Origin: Lama guanicoe
Taxonomy: Eukaryota
Direction of reading: 5' to 3'
Assembly (NCBI GenBank): GCA_013239625.1
Contig: MU054391.1
Location: 4,173,824 to 4,237,823, forward strand
DNA length: 64,000 nt
The translations under genes and the position numbers were made by a program. The notes beneath the pieces were generated by a model that saw only the letters and a list, made by a program, of their open reading frames with translations, did not search any database and had not been told where the DNA came from. Positions 1 through 11,793 of this stretch are shown piece after piece. Numbering within the stretch: position 1 is the first letter of the stretch; each line of letters opens with the position of its first letter.

Positions 1-437
1 GTATATGCACAGATTCCAAGAACCCAAGATAGAAAGAGATGGACACTGAGAGATGCGGGTGGACGCTGAGGGAGTTAAGGGGGGGAAAGACTCTCTCCAA
101 TTGGAGGATTGGGAAACCTTCCAGGGGAAGAGGTAGCATTTTGGGAAACCTTCCCTTGGAGAAGCACCATTTCACCTGAGACGTGCATGGTGGATAGGTT
201 TGGACTTGCAGGTGCAGAGAACAATACAAGCAAAAGCGAACAACCGCTGAATCGTCCTGCGTGAATCTCAAGGTTCCCTGAGGTAGCCCTGCTCCGGACA
301 TTCCCCTGCTCGTGGCTGGAAGCACCAAGCGGACTGCGGAGGTGCAGCCCAACTGGAGGTCCGCTGCGGGCTGAGAGCCGCCAGGTTCCTTGCTGCGCAG
401 GGTCTGCTTTGGCTTTTGGATTAAACACTGCGTAAAG

Positions 438-625
438 CAGTGGTTCTCAAAGTGTAGTTCCTGGCGAAGCGGCATCCCTGTCACCTGGGAATTTTCTAGA
501 AACGCGCGTCTCTGGACGTCACTCGTCCTAATGGTGCTGAGTCAGAGACTCAAGGCAGGGGGCCCGGACACCTGGGTTTCACAGGCCCTCCGGGTGTTCC
601 TGATGTTTCTGGTGCTGTGAATTGT
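438..625 (+). mobile_element. MER5A-like hAT-Charlie MITE
   Basis: Starts CAGTGGTTCTCAAAGTGT and follows the recalled MER5A layout (CACCTGGGAA...AGAAA...CTGAGTCAGAGACTC...ACAGGCCCTCC.GGTG..CTGATG). Right end approximate. Confidence 0.8.
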
Positions 626-1599
626 AGCCCAAAGCGCTGACGATGAAACCCTCATTCAGACAGCAGCACGTCTGCACTTGACCTTTCCTCCTGATGCAGC
701 GCCGGGCTGGGTTATCCAGCCTTTCTTGTGCCTTCACAGAGAACTTTGGTAAGGGCCCAGCTCGGACTATATTTATTTTTAGGGCACCTTTGGTAGTTAA
801 CCTTACTAATGATTTGCCTGCTCCTTTGATTTACAGAATCACACATGAGTGCGGATCTGTGGGCTCACGCCAGGAAGCCGGCAGTCCCATGGTTCCTCTG
901 CTGAGCTCCCGAAAGCCCCAAACCCCAGGCGCTACAGGAAGGGGGAGGGCATCGTGGCTGTCGGCGCCCAGGCAGGTGAGACACATGGCTTCACCTCAAA
1001 CGTACGGGCCACCTAAACTCTGCCGTCTGAGCCCCTGAGGTCAACTACAGGGTCCTTGGAAGATGGGTGACTTTTTGTGCAGTGCCGTTGGGTGACGCCA
1101 GGAGTGCTTCCGGCTCTGGTAGAGACTAAAGGAGAAGTCTATGTGGCTGGACATTGACCCAAAGCCTTTCCCTTTCACAGTGCAGAGCTGGAGTCGCAGG
1201 GCCCATTGCTCTCTGCGGTTGTCCCTTCGACCCCTGGTGCCCACTCCCTTCAGGGCTGGCCCTGTTTGCCACATGAATGCAAGTCACTGGTATCGACCCA
1301 ACTCCAGTTGGAGTCGAAAGATCTCAGTGTTCCCACGGCCATGGTGAAGACTAGAAAGTGAGGAAACTCGGCCAAGTTCATTGGATGAGAAATTGCAGAG
1401 CGCCATGGGTCTACAGTTCAGCACTCCTTTCCCTTTATCATGCCGCCTCTTCCAGCACAGGCCGTGCCAACCCCATCAGCGAGGGACACAGCTGCGCCCA
1501 GGAGCCCGCAGGTGACATAACAGGTCGGGGGGGGGGCAGGGGAGGGGGGCGTACTTGCCCCCCTAAGGCGAGCAGCCCCAGCCAGTCATCACCATGTGA

Positions 1600-1750
1600 A
1601 AACCCAGGCCCAGTGCTGGCAGGCTGTACTTTTTAATGTGAAAACTACCAATTTTTAAATGTTGCCTCAAATGAAAAATGACTGTGTGAGATAAACAAAC
1701 ATGTTTATAGGTCTGATGGGGGCCACGGGCCACCAGTTTGAAAACCCCAC
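1600..1750 (-). mobile_element. MER102-like hAT-Charlie fragment
   Basis: CCAATTTTTAAATGTTG...AAACAAACATGTTT...GGCCACGGGCCACCAGTTTG resembles the reverse complement of the recalled MER102 terminus. Confidence 0.6.
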
Positions 1751-2295
1751 CGTTTCGAGTGAAGTTGTGCCCCACACTGACTTTCCTCATTTTTTTTCTC
1801 AGTTCACTTAGTTTGAAGTCATCCCTTTTCCAGCCCTCCCGCCTAGAGCAACATCTGCTCTTATCTCTTTGACCTACTTTTGTTCATGCCATTCTTCTTG
1901 CCTGTTGTGTAGAATCCTCTCCCACATCCAGCCCAACTTAACTGTTTTTCAAGATCTAAGTCAAGTCACACCGCCACCACGCAGCCTTCCTTGGCAGCCC
2001 CAGGCAGCCAGGGAGGCCAGTGCCCTCCATGAGCGAGGTTTTGGTGAACAAGCACATTCGGTGCTCCGCTAACCGTCCATGGCAGGTGGCGGGCGTACTG
2101 AACCCTGGCTGATACTCGAATGGCTCGGAGAACTTTAAGCGGCAGTGCCGTCCCGGCCGCTCCTGCAGCAGTCCTGCTTTAATTGGCCTCAGGTGGGACC
2201 TGGCATATTTTGGTTAATCAGATTCTAATCAATATTTTTTTAAGAAAAGCAGGGAGAGGGTTTATATTTCCCTTTTCCGCACAGAAGAATGATCA

Positions 2296-2478
2296 ATATA
2301 GCACAGGGAGCTATATTCAATACCCTGTAACGGCCTAATGAGAAAGAATATGAAAAGGGATACATATATATATATATATAAAAAACTGAATCACTATGCT
2401 GTACACCAGAAATTAACACAACATTGTAAGTCAACTATACTTCAGTAATAAAAAAAGAAACAGCAAAAAGAAAAATAA
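2296..2478 (+). mobile_element. Heavily 5'-truncated, relatively young L1 3' end (cetartiodactyl type)
   Basis: ATATAGCACAGGGAGCTATATTCAATACC...AACTGAATCACTATGCTGTACACCAGAAATTAACACAACATTGTAAGTCAACTATACTTCA followed by an A-rich tail. Internal (TA)n. No clear TSD. Confidence 0.88.
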
Positions 2479-3549
2479 GTAGGAGTATTAAACATAATAG
2501 AGGGTCCATGGATGCACATAACAGACAGCAATGTTCCAGTACACAAACTGTCAATGAATGTGCGTTTCCGCCTGAGTTTCTTATATTCTGTGACTTCCCA
2601 TGTTAAGCGTTCTTGGGTTTCCACCAGTTGTAAAGCATAGTCCAGGCTTGAAATGGTCCAGAAAAAGGAAACTGGGGCCACTGTGGCCAAAGCTGTTGCT
2701 TATCTTCTGTTTCTAGATTTTTGCTGAGGACCCCGGTGATAGTAGCCTTCCACGAACACTAAGGGGACCAGAAAGAGTCCATGTTCTGCAAGAGCAGCGG
2801 GACAGGAGAGGCAAGATTCTGCATCAAAAGTCCTTCAGATATTTCCCCCCTTCCTGAGCCACTAATTTGGGTCCCAGGAATCAACTCTAATAACAGAATA
2901 TGAAATATCAAAAAATATCCTGTTGCACGTAAATTTTATTGCAATGTTACCAAATAATAAATTGCATTTAAATAACAAAAACATCCAACTCTGCCTGGTA
3001 AAAGATTGCGTATGTAGCCATTCAAAATGTGTTAAAATCCCCACTGGACGAGCATGGGGATTACATTGAGTTTATAATAAAATCATTCATTTATTTCTTT
3101 ATCCTTCCAGTCAAGCACATATTTATTGAAATCTACCATATACAAGGCATCGAGATATCATAACAAAGTCAAAATTGTGTACATGTGAAACATTGTAAAA
3201 TTTTGCTGCTCTTTGAAGGCATCTTTTAATTTTTTTCCAAGTATTTGCATTTTCCAAGTAGTTTTGAGGAAAGCCATTGGCTTTCTGTATGCATTTTTCA
3301 TTTACTTTAATAATTTCACAATACTTAAAGTAGTTTGTTTTAAAATTTCTTTCCTTGGCTTGTTTTATGGGTAAGTTTCTCTGCAAGAAATAATTTTGCC
3401 TCTTGGATAGTAAAAAGTAGTATTTCTTATTTTTATTTAATGTGTGTTGTTTGACAAGAAATTGATGATGATGTAATATGACTTGGGGAATAGAGCATAT
3501 CTCACCCATCTTCTGATTATAATGGGAATGTTTTACCAACATCACCAAC

Positions 3550-3950
3550 TTCAGTGGGGTCAGAGGAGACAGAGAAGAGTGGGCTGACTTCAGACCTATT
3601 TGGGAGGTAAAGTCTACAGGACTTGTGATGGCTCTGATGGCTTAGGGATCAGAAAAAGACAGGAAACAAATATCACTCCTAGGTTTCTATCTTGAGCAAC
3701 TAGCTAAATGGGGAAGTCATTTACTAAGATAGGAAAGCCTTACACATGCGGGATTGGGATGGGGGTGTGGCACCAGGAATTCTAATTTAGACGTTTTAAG
3801 TTTGAGATATCTTTAAGACACTCAAGCTAAAATATCAAGGAATCAGTTGGCTATATGAGTATAAAAGCAGAAAATATTAATTGGGGCCACCAGTCTAGCT
3901 CTAGTATTTAAAACCCAAGGAATATATGAGATCACATCTGTAAAAATGTG
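3550..3950 (-). mobile_element. L2 fragment
   Basis: ATTTGGGAGGTAAAGTCTACAGGACTTG...CTCCTAGGTTTCT..CTTGAGCAACT...CATTTACTAAGATAGGAAA, the typical antisense L2 pattern. Confidence 0.75.
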
Positions 3951-4050
3951 ATAGAAGCTGTTAGAGAGAAGGGAAAGTATTTAGGAAAAAATGCTGGAGT
4001 TTTCCAAAATGTAGTATTTGGGAAGAATGGAGGGAGAGGTGAAATTTCTC

Positions 4051-4099
<49 letters not shown>

Positions 4100-4130
4100 C
4101 CTACCTACCTATCTAGCTACATACATACAC
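4051..4130. repeat. Compound (ATCT)n(ACCT)n(ACAT)n microsatellite
   Basis: Read directly from the sequence. Confidence 0.97.
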
Positions 4131-4377
4131 ACATAGATTATATATTTAAAGATTAGCCCTTTGTCACTCTTACAGTACATACCTCTCATTATTTTCTGTT
4201 TTTCTCTTTTCATATCTGTGCCTGTGCTAGAAGTTAACTCGGTGGAGAGCGTCCTTCTCTGCACCACACTCACAGTGTTGGTTATTTAGTTGGGTGCTAA
4301 GTGATGGATGGATGAATAAGCGAATTAATGAATAAAGGAAGGAGCTGTATAAAGTCCTAGCAAGTATGATCCAGTAG

Positions 4378-4749
4378 TGCTATGGACTGAGTATTTGTGT
4401 TCCCCCCAGGTTCATACATATAACCCTAGTTACCAAAGTGATGGTGTTTAGAGGTGGGACCTTTGGGAAGCACTAGGTCATGAGGCTAGAGTCAATTCCT
4501 TTATTGAAAAATGAGGATATAAGGGATTCACTTCTTTCTCTCTCTCTGCTTTCTACCATGTGAAGATACAATAAGAAGCCATCTGCAAGCCAGAAAGTGG
4601 GTCCTTACTGACTCTGAATCTGTAGGTGCTTTAATCTCAGACTTTCCAGCCTCCAGAACTGTGAGAAATAACTGTTTGTTGAATTGTTGTTGTTTAAATC
4701 AGCTAGTCTATTATATTTTTTTTTACAGTAGCCTGAACAGATTAAGGCA
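4378..4749 (+). mobile_element. MLT1A-type MaLR solo LTR
   Basis: TG...CA ends (TGCTATGGACTGA...CTGAACAGATTAAGGCA) and the internal hallmark GACTTTCCAGCCTCCAGAACTGTGAGAAATAA. Confidence 0.9.
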
Positions 4750-4759
4750 AACATTTTAT

Positions 4760-5625
4760 TTCCTAACCAAGAAATTTTTATCCTAGGAATATAATTATCA
4801 TTCAACATAAGAAAAACTACTGTTGCACTTTATAATGCTATAGATTAAATGAGAAAAGCAATAAGATCATCTTGTAGATGGAGGGAAACCATTTGGGGAA
4901 AAATAATTTATTTAAAAAGTATTGATAGCAATCTAGGGTAGAAGAGAATCTCTTTAATCTGATAAAAAATTAACTATTTGAAATACATATCAAATCTTAC
5001 ACATATTGACAGAATGTTGAAGACATTCTTATCTAAATCAAGAGCTAAAAAAAGATCCTGGTATCATTATTACTATTCAATAGTCATAGCCAATGCAATA
5101 AAACAAGAAAAAGAAATAGTAGCTATTAGAAGAGACACAATTATAATAATTTACAGATAAAATCATTTTCTACATACAAAATCCAATGTAATCTACAAAC
5201 TATAAGAACTAAAAATAGAGCTTATATGAATATTGGATGATAATTGATATTTAAAAACTAGCAGTGCTTCCATTCATAATTCATAGCTCATCATAAGTTA
5301 TTACAGAGAAGTACTTTTATAATAGCAGAGTGGTACACCCAGTATGATTCCACTTATGCAAAATCTACAAACAGGCAAAGCATTACTGTTGTTTTTGATG
5401 ACACACAAAAAAAGATGTGAAGAAGTCTGAAATATGAAATGAAGAGATACCATCAAATCTATAATAGTTGTTTCTGCAAGGAAGGGCAGCAAATGGGAGA
5501 CTTTTTTGCAGCAAAAATAATTTCAAATTATCTGCAAATTTTATTTTTAAACAAAGTAATCTGAGCCAAAAGTTAGTGTTTATTATTTCTGTGTGGCATA
5601 TTTAGAGCTTTGTTATAGTATTTTA
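4760..5625 (+). mobile_element. Ancient L1M(E) fragments (degenerate ORF2 RT region plus 3' UTR)
   Basis: GCCAATGCAATAAAACAAGAAAAAGAAAT (ANAIKQEKEI, like L1 ORF2 ARAIRQEKEI) and TATGATTCCACTTATGCAAAAT...ACAGGCAAA, which resembles an L1M 3' UTR. Confidence 0.7.
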
Positions 5626-5629
5626 TGTA

Positions 5630-6645
5630 TTTTTTACTGAAGTAACATTGATTTCTAGCATTATGTAAGTTTCATATGTACACCATTATATTTTGTCTTC
5701 TGTGTACCCTGCAGCGTGCTCACCATGAAACACCTTCTGTCACTATATAGTTGACCCCTTTTATCTATTTTGCCTTCTTCCATCCACTCCTCTTCCCCTC
5801 TGGTAACCACTAATCTGTTCTCTGTATCTATGTTTTGTTTTTATTTGGTTTATTTATTTTATCTTCAACATATGAATGAAATCATATGGCATTTGTCTTT
5901 ATCTGACTTATTTTATTCAGCATAAAACCCTCAAGTTTCTTTCACATCATCGCAAATGGCAAGATTTCATTTTTTTTGGTGGAGTAATATTCTGTTGTAT
6001 GAACATACACCACATCTTATTTATCCACTCATCCATCAGTGGACCCCTAGGTTTTTTTCATATCTTGGCTATTGTAAACAATTCTTTGATGAGTGTAGGA
6101 GTGCATATATTTTTTTCAAATTAGTGTTTTTTGTATTCGAATAAATACCCAGAAGTGGAATACCTAGATTATATGGTAGTTCTACTCTCATTTTGGGGGA
6201 AGAATCTACATACTGTTTTTCCATAGTGGCTGCACCAACATATTCCCACCAACATTCCCAGGGTGTGAGGGTTCCCATATCCCAACATCCTCTCCAATGC
6301 TTGTTATTGTTTGTCTTTTTGATAATAGCCATTCTAAAGGCCACGAGGTGACATTTCACTGCAGGCTTGATTTGCCTTTTGGTAATAATTAGTGATACTG
6401 GACATCTTTCCATGTGCCTGGTGGCCACTGTGTACCTTCTTTAAAAACTGTCTAGTCAGATCCTCTGCCCATTTTTCAATCAGGTTGTTTATTCTTTTTG
6501 TTGAGTTGCGTGAGTTCTTTATATGTTTTGGATATTAACTCCCTATTGGATATACGATTAGCAAATATCTTCTCCCATTTGGCAGGCTGTCTTTTCATTT
6601 TGCAAGTGTTTTCTCCCATTTGATAGGTTGTCTTTTTGTTCTGTA
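5630..6645 (-). mobile_element. 5'-truncated L1 (L1MA9-like): ORF2 C-terminus plus 3' UTR, decayed
   Basis: Minus-strand translations KRQPAKWEKIFANRISNRELISKTYKEL and HMERC..SLII..QIK....HL...RMAIIKK...ELPY..GIPLLGIY are L1 ORF2 C-terminal motifs, broken by frameshifts. T-rich tail at about 5630. Confidence 0.95.
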
Positions 6646-7789
6646 ACTTTTTAAACATAGAGAAGAGGCTGGGGGGGGGCTGCTGGCTGCAGAACATCAG
6701 GGCTTAATGGAAATGCAGGAGAACTGGGTGCAAGGTTTGAGTCCCCACTGAGACCTGATGGCTCAGGCAGGACAGCAGCCACCCAGCGGAGGGCAGGCAG
6801 GAAGCCGAGCTATGCCTGGAGGGACAGGCTGGCTTGTTCCCCTTTGTGCTGGGAACACTAATGCCTCGCTGGCTGGTTCAGGAACTGAGCATTGGAAATT
6901 CTGCACAGAGAGTATATTAATGATTCCGCCTTATAACAAGATAAGCAACTTCTCCACTTTCAAAGACGACTATTAAAATCTCATTCCAAGTGCTGCTAAA
7001 CACAGGAAAAGGTCTATATATGAAGATGCCTATCGGAAGTGTTTGAGAGGGACCATCGGGAGCGATCTAGATTACAGAGTTCAGAGTTGCCAGTCCAGTT
7101 CTCAGTATCTACTGACAGCTGGGGGCGGTGCCACACCTCCCATGAGGTAAGTATTCTTGACTCTCAGCCAAAGTCGTTTAGAAATTTGGCTTTTCTGGAG
7201 CACTCCCTTCTAGGGAAGTGTGGTAGATTCCACTTATGACTGACAGGCAGGCTGCAGTGTCGTGTACGTACAGTACCTGGTGGGAAACGGGGTCCTTCTC
7301 CCCCCAGAAGCCCTCTGCTTCATCTGCCTTTCCAAAGACTTAGAATCACATGTTCCAAGTTACGGAATGGGAAAGTGCCCTCATTTGTTTAAAATATTTA
7401 AGAAGTCTGTTTGTTCCTGGAGGGTCTGCGCTCTAGCCTTCAAAGCTAACACTCGTAAGGTGTCCAGGTGTGCCTAACGTCGCCCACAGGGTAAAAGCAG
7501 TCAGCACGAGTGTCTTCAGAGCTCGGTAAGAGACACTACGTGGGACCCGCAGGGCTGGGAGGACGTTGCCCAGGACACATCACTGCGCGATTCTGTTTGC
7601 TCCGCGTAAGGAAGCAAGTTAGAATTTTCTTTTTCAAATTCCTCTGTCAGAGAATGTGCCGATTTTCCTGGAGCAGTGGGTATTCTTTTTCTTCTTCTCT
7701 TTAGAACGTTTTGCTCAGAAATGAGGGTTCATCTCTGGTGTTCGAGGTTATGAGTTGGGGCAGCCCCAGTTCGCCCTTGAACAGTTCCC

Positions 7790-7935
7790 GCCCTCACTCC
7801 GCCCCAGGCCCCTCCGGTGCCCAACAGCGTCGCTAAGAGCGCCTTCGCACGGGGCATTGCTAGGGACCAGGTGGGTTAGGACACATGAGGTGCTCAGAAC
7901 AGAGCCTCGCTTGGAGCCTGCGTTCAATAAAGAGC
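7790..7935 (+). mobile_element. MIR 3' half, strongly GC-shifted
   Basis: Ends ...GTGCTCAGAACAGAGCCTCGC...GCGTTCAATAAA, matching the MIR 3' end. Confidence 0.6.
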
Positions 7936-9199
7936 CAACATCATCAGACAGAAAGTGATTAATGTGAGGGACATATTTCCTATCTTTGGTCTGGCTGAGA
8001 GGATGCTCAGAACTAAGCCTGCAGCTCAACAGAAATGATCGCCTGGGCCCCACAGTCTGAATATTTATGTGTGAGATCCCCTTCCACTTTATATTTTCCA
8101 AGGCTTTGCTTATAGCCTTTTAGTTTTTTTGTTTTTTTTTCCCCTGCCATAAATTATCAGGGCAGCTTAATTTTTTTGAAGCAAGAAGACTGAAACAGAG
8201 ATGGTGTGTGTGTGCGTGCGTGTGCGTGTGTGTGTGCTGAAAGTGCCCTAAAAGGCAGACTTGCTAAGCGATACCCCAACTTCACCTCACTTTGTGGGTG
8301 AACAAGGAAATCCCAGCCAGGGCACGCGAGAAATGCCTTCAGATACACGGGGACCTGATCCATGCTGAAAAGCAATGTCTTCTTTTTGGGCCATAGAAAC
8401 CTTGTTTGGATAAGAAAAGGGGTATAAGAGATGAAGGCTCGTTTGGGCAAGACAGTGGAGGCACGATGGAGAAGGATGGAGAGATGAGGAGCCTGTCTCT
8501 GCAGATAAGCTTATAAACTTACCTAAAAATAGACTACCATGAAATTCTCATGGGAAAGTCACAGGGTTAGGCTGAGAAGGCCTTAGGGGAAAATGCATTT
8601 GGTAAAAATTTGACCCTTGGTGTTCATCTGAGTCTTTACAGAACTCAGACCTTCATCCCATCACTTAACTTTCCCAGGCCCCTGTTTTCTAGAAATAACA
8701 CCAGTGCCAGCCATTCAAAGAGTGATTGAGGATGGAGTGAGTCCAGGGTACAGACACAATTTCCAAACTCAAAAGCGTCCACACACAGGAGCTACCATTA
8801 CTGTTTCAATTGCTTCCTGTCAGTTATTTTCGGGGATGGTCCCTTCTCCTCTGGAGACAAGCTCAGCCTCAAACTTCTCCCCTGAGAGGCAGGTAGCCGT
8901 AGCCCTCTCCATGCTCCTGAGTCAGAGAAATAAAAGGAGAGGGAAGAAAGAACATTTTCTGTAGGAGATTGTGCAGTGGGAAGATTCACTATTGTCCCTG
9001 CCTCTGTTCACTCACAGCCAGCCTGGCTAAGGGTCATTAGCTTAATGAGCTATTGTATTTTTTTTCTCTTTTTCTAAAAAGTCTGCTGAAACATCCTCCC
9101 AGGAGCCAAATGAGGAGGCGAAGAAATAAACAACAGCTGAAGGCTGAGGGAGCTTAGCCAGAGAGCCCTTCCTCTCAGGACCCCTGAGTGTGTGTGTGT

Positions 9200-9234
9200 G
9201 GGGGGAGGGGGGGCGGGATGGAGGGGAGGGGGGG
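9200..9234 (+). other. G-quadruplex-forming motif next to a (GT)n run
   Basis: Five runs of 3 or more G with short loops. Confidence 0.7.
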
Positions 9235-11757
9235 CAGGCAGGACCAGCCCTCCACAAGGGGCTTGCCCCAGTCGTGGCTCTAGGTTTCGAGAAAGTAAGC
9301 CAGGTGAACAGGTAAAGGGAAGGTGGGATGTTACTTGCAGCCCAGTGTGGTCAAGGCAGGCATAGCACACTGTCCCCCGCTAGCAGGTCTTAACCTGAGA
9401 CAGGAGCTGGATCAGACACGGTGACTTCCTGGACGCAGAGTCGCTCTCCATATACGTCCATGGAAAGACTCAGTGATCCTGCTCACCGGCCGCCAGTTGG
9501 AGCCTTGGGGCTGGGGGACTGAAGAGCCAGGTGTGGGCCTCAGCCAGGGCACCCATCCTGTCCCAGATCTCCCCGACCCTCCCCTCCCAAGACGAGCCCT
9601 GCCGCCTTGGTGGAGTCTTATTCCAGCTTTCCCCATAATGCCTTTTTAGATGACTTGTTAACGGTATAAGCTAATGGTAAGCAATTTTGAAAAATGAGAA
9701 ACCTACAAGGAAAGAATGGAAATGGCGTGAAGTCAGTCTTGATGATCCTAAAACCACCTTACTAACCTCCTGGTGTCTTTACCTGAAATACACAACAGCA
9801 GAGACTTCGCTATTTGCACGTGCTTCCCAGTCACATTTCAGCCAGTTCTCCAGTTTCCATCAGTGATTTCAGATCCAGTTTAAATAATCTGCCTGCTGTG
9901 CGTGCGCCCCAGGCACGTTTAGTTCTCTATTGCTGGACCCAGATCGCCTCCATTATTTCATCACACACGCCACTTAGCGACTGTCTTTGCATCCCATTGA
10001 ATGCGTATTTGTGAATACTGGTATTTCTTTGTTATTGGTCACTAGAAGGGCAATCACTTGGTTAAAGTATGTAAATCCTCAAAATGCCCATAAACACACA
10101 CACACGCACACACACACACCCCTACTCCAGCTGCTTTCAACAACAACAAGAAGTCGTGAGATTTTTATTCCCTTCCGAGGTGGGTGACAGTTCTAATTTC
10201 ATCTCACCTTTCCAGCCTTGAACAGGCTAATTTAAAAACGATTTTCTATCTTGAAAGACCCCGAATGATATATAATTGCTTAACTGTGAGCCTTCATTTC
10301 CCGGGAGCAGGCCTTGGGCCTGGGTAAGGAGCCTGGGTGCAGAGGCGAGGCAGAGTCTCCAAGGAGGAAAACCGCCAAGTCGCGCCTCCCCCCAGCACAG
10401 CCGCCAGGGGCCTTCGGGTGCGGGCAGCCCCCCAACTGCAGGCCTCTCCAGGAAGAGAGAGGGGCCCCCGGCGGTTTTCCAGAACCCGGGTGAGGGGACA
10501 GTATGTGACTTTAGAGAGGAACTGACTGGCCTCTCCTGCCGGGACCCAAGAGCTCAGCAGGAAGACGGGGGAGCACACGCTTGCTGGAGAGGAGGCCCCA
10601 CCTGGGCTCTGACCCTGTCCCTGCTCCCCCCACCCACAGCGGCCTCACCTCTGCAGGGTCCGGGCCCAGAGGAGACTGGAAAGAAGGCAAAGGAGGCCGA
10701 TGCAGAAATACCCGCACCCCTCAGTGCAGCCCCAGGTGTGCACCACGCTTCGTGGCTCCCCTTTCTGTGCCAGCAGCCAGGCAGGGGCTTTCTGGGCGCA
10801 GGCTTTGGGGGGGCCTTGTTTCCCTAGGCAACCTGCTTTCTCGTTCAGAAGGCATCTCTCATCTGCAGTTCTGGGGCCTGCAACTTTTGCCATATGTCGG
10901 CTGTTTCTGCCTTCCTGATCCCAGCCATATTAATGTTATAATTAGAGCCAGTATTTATACAGACTCTTCTGAGCGGCTCCCCCTCGTGCTTTGCGGGAGT
11001 GACTAACCCCGTCTTCCCTGCTTCGCTGGTTCAGGGACGTTATTCCATTTCATATCTGAGGACAGATTGGGAGAAAGAAGGGAAGGGGAGAGAATGTGGC
11101 AGAGACAGGAAAACAGAAGGAGCAGGCAGTATCCACCGGGAGGTCGGTCTCTGGCCCCAGGATTCCGGTGCTGGACACCAGGGCGACGTGGTCTGTGACG
11201 TGCACCAAACTCATTTGTAACAACTGGCCTGTCTTGCTGGGCCTCCACTTTTTCCTGATTGAGTTATTGGACAGTATGAATAAAAAGATCTCAAAGGTCT
11301 TCATGTGTTATAGTTTCGTGAGTTTCTGCTAAGTCATGTTTCAAAAACAGAGAACCCCCCACCCAAAAGTCTGGGTCGGCTTAGGCTCTGCAGCGCGAGT
11401 CCTGCTCCCACCCCTGCCTCCGGGGTGAAGGGGCAGCACCTGCCGAACTCAAGGCGGAGGGAAGAGCGACGACTGACCTGCCCGCTGGGGAGTGGGGTCG
11501 TCACCCGCCTCAGGTTCCAGCCCAAGTTACGGGGTCGAGGTGCACATCCTGCCCCTGGAGAGGCGCTGCAGGTGACACAGCCATGGGCAGGAACGATCAC
11601 CCTTTTAGAGGACAGACACCGAGTGATGGGGGGCGATAACCACCCTCTAGCCCACGGCAGGCACCTCTGTCACTGCCTTTGAACTACATCCTTTGTACCA
11701 CTTGTTTCCCTCTCTTCCTTGAGATGACTTCTGGTCTCTAGACCATCCCTAAGCCAT

Positions 11758-11758
<1 letters not shown>

Positions 11759-11790
<32 letters not shown>
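11759..11790. repeat. (CA)16 microsatellite
   Basis: Read directly from the sequence. Confidence 0.98.

Positions 11791-11793
<3 letters not shown>

Noticed and set aside
109..154. 14-bp direct repeat TTGGGAAACCTTCC as paired kB/RBPJ sites
   Set aside because: Not a proper kB decamer. It looks like a small duplication in probable L2-derived sequence.
6069..6697. ORFs of 119 and 73 aa as genes
   Set aside because: Frameshifted L1 ORF2 remnants.
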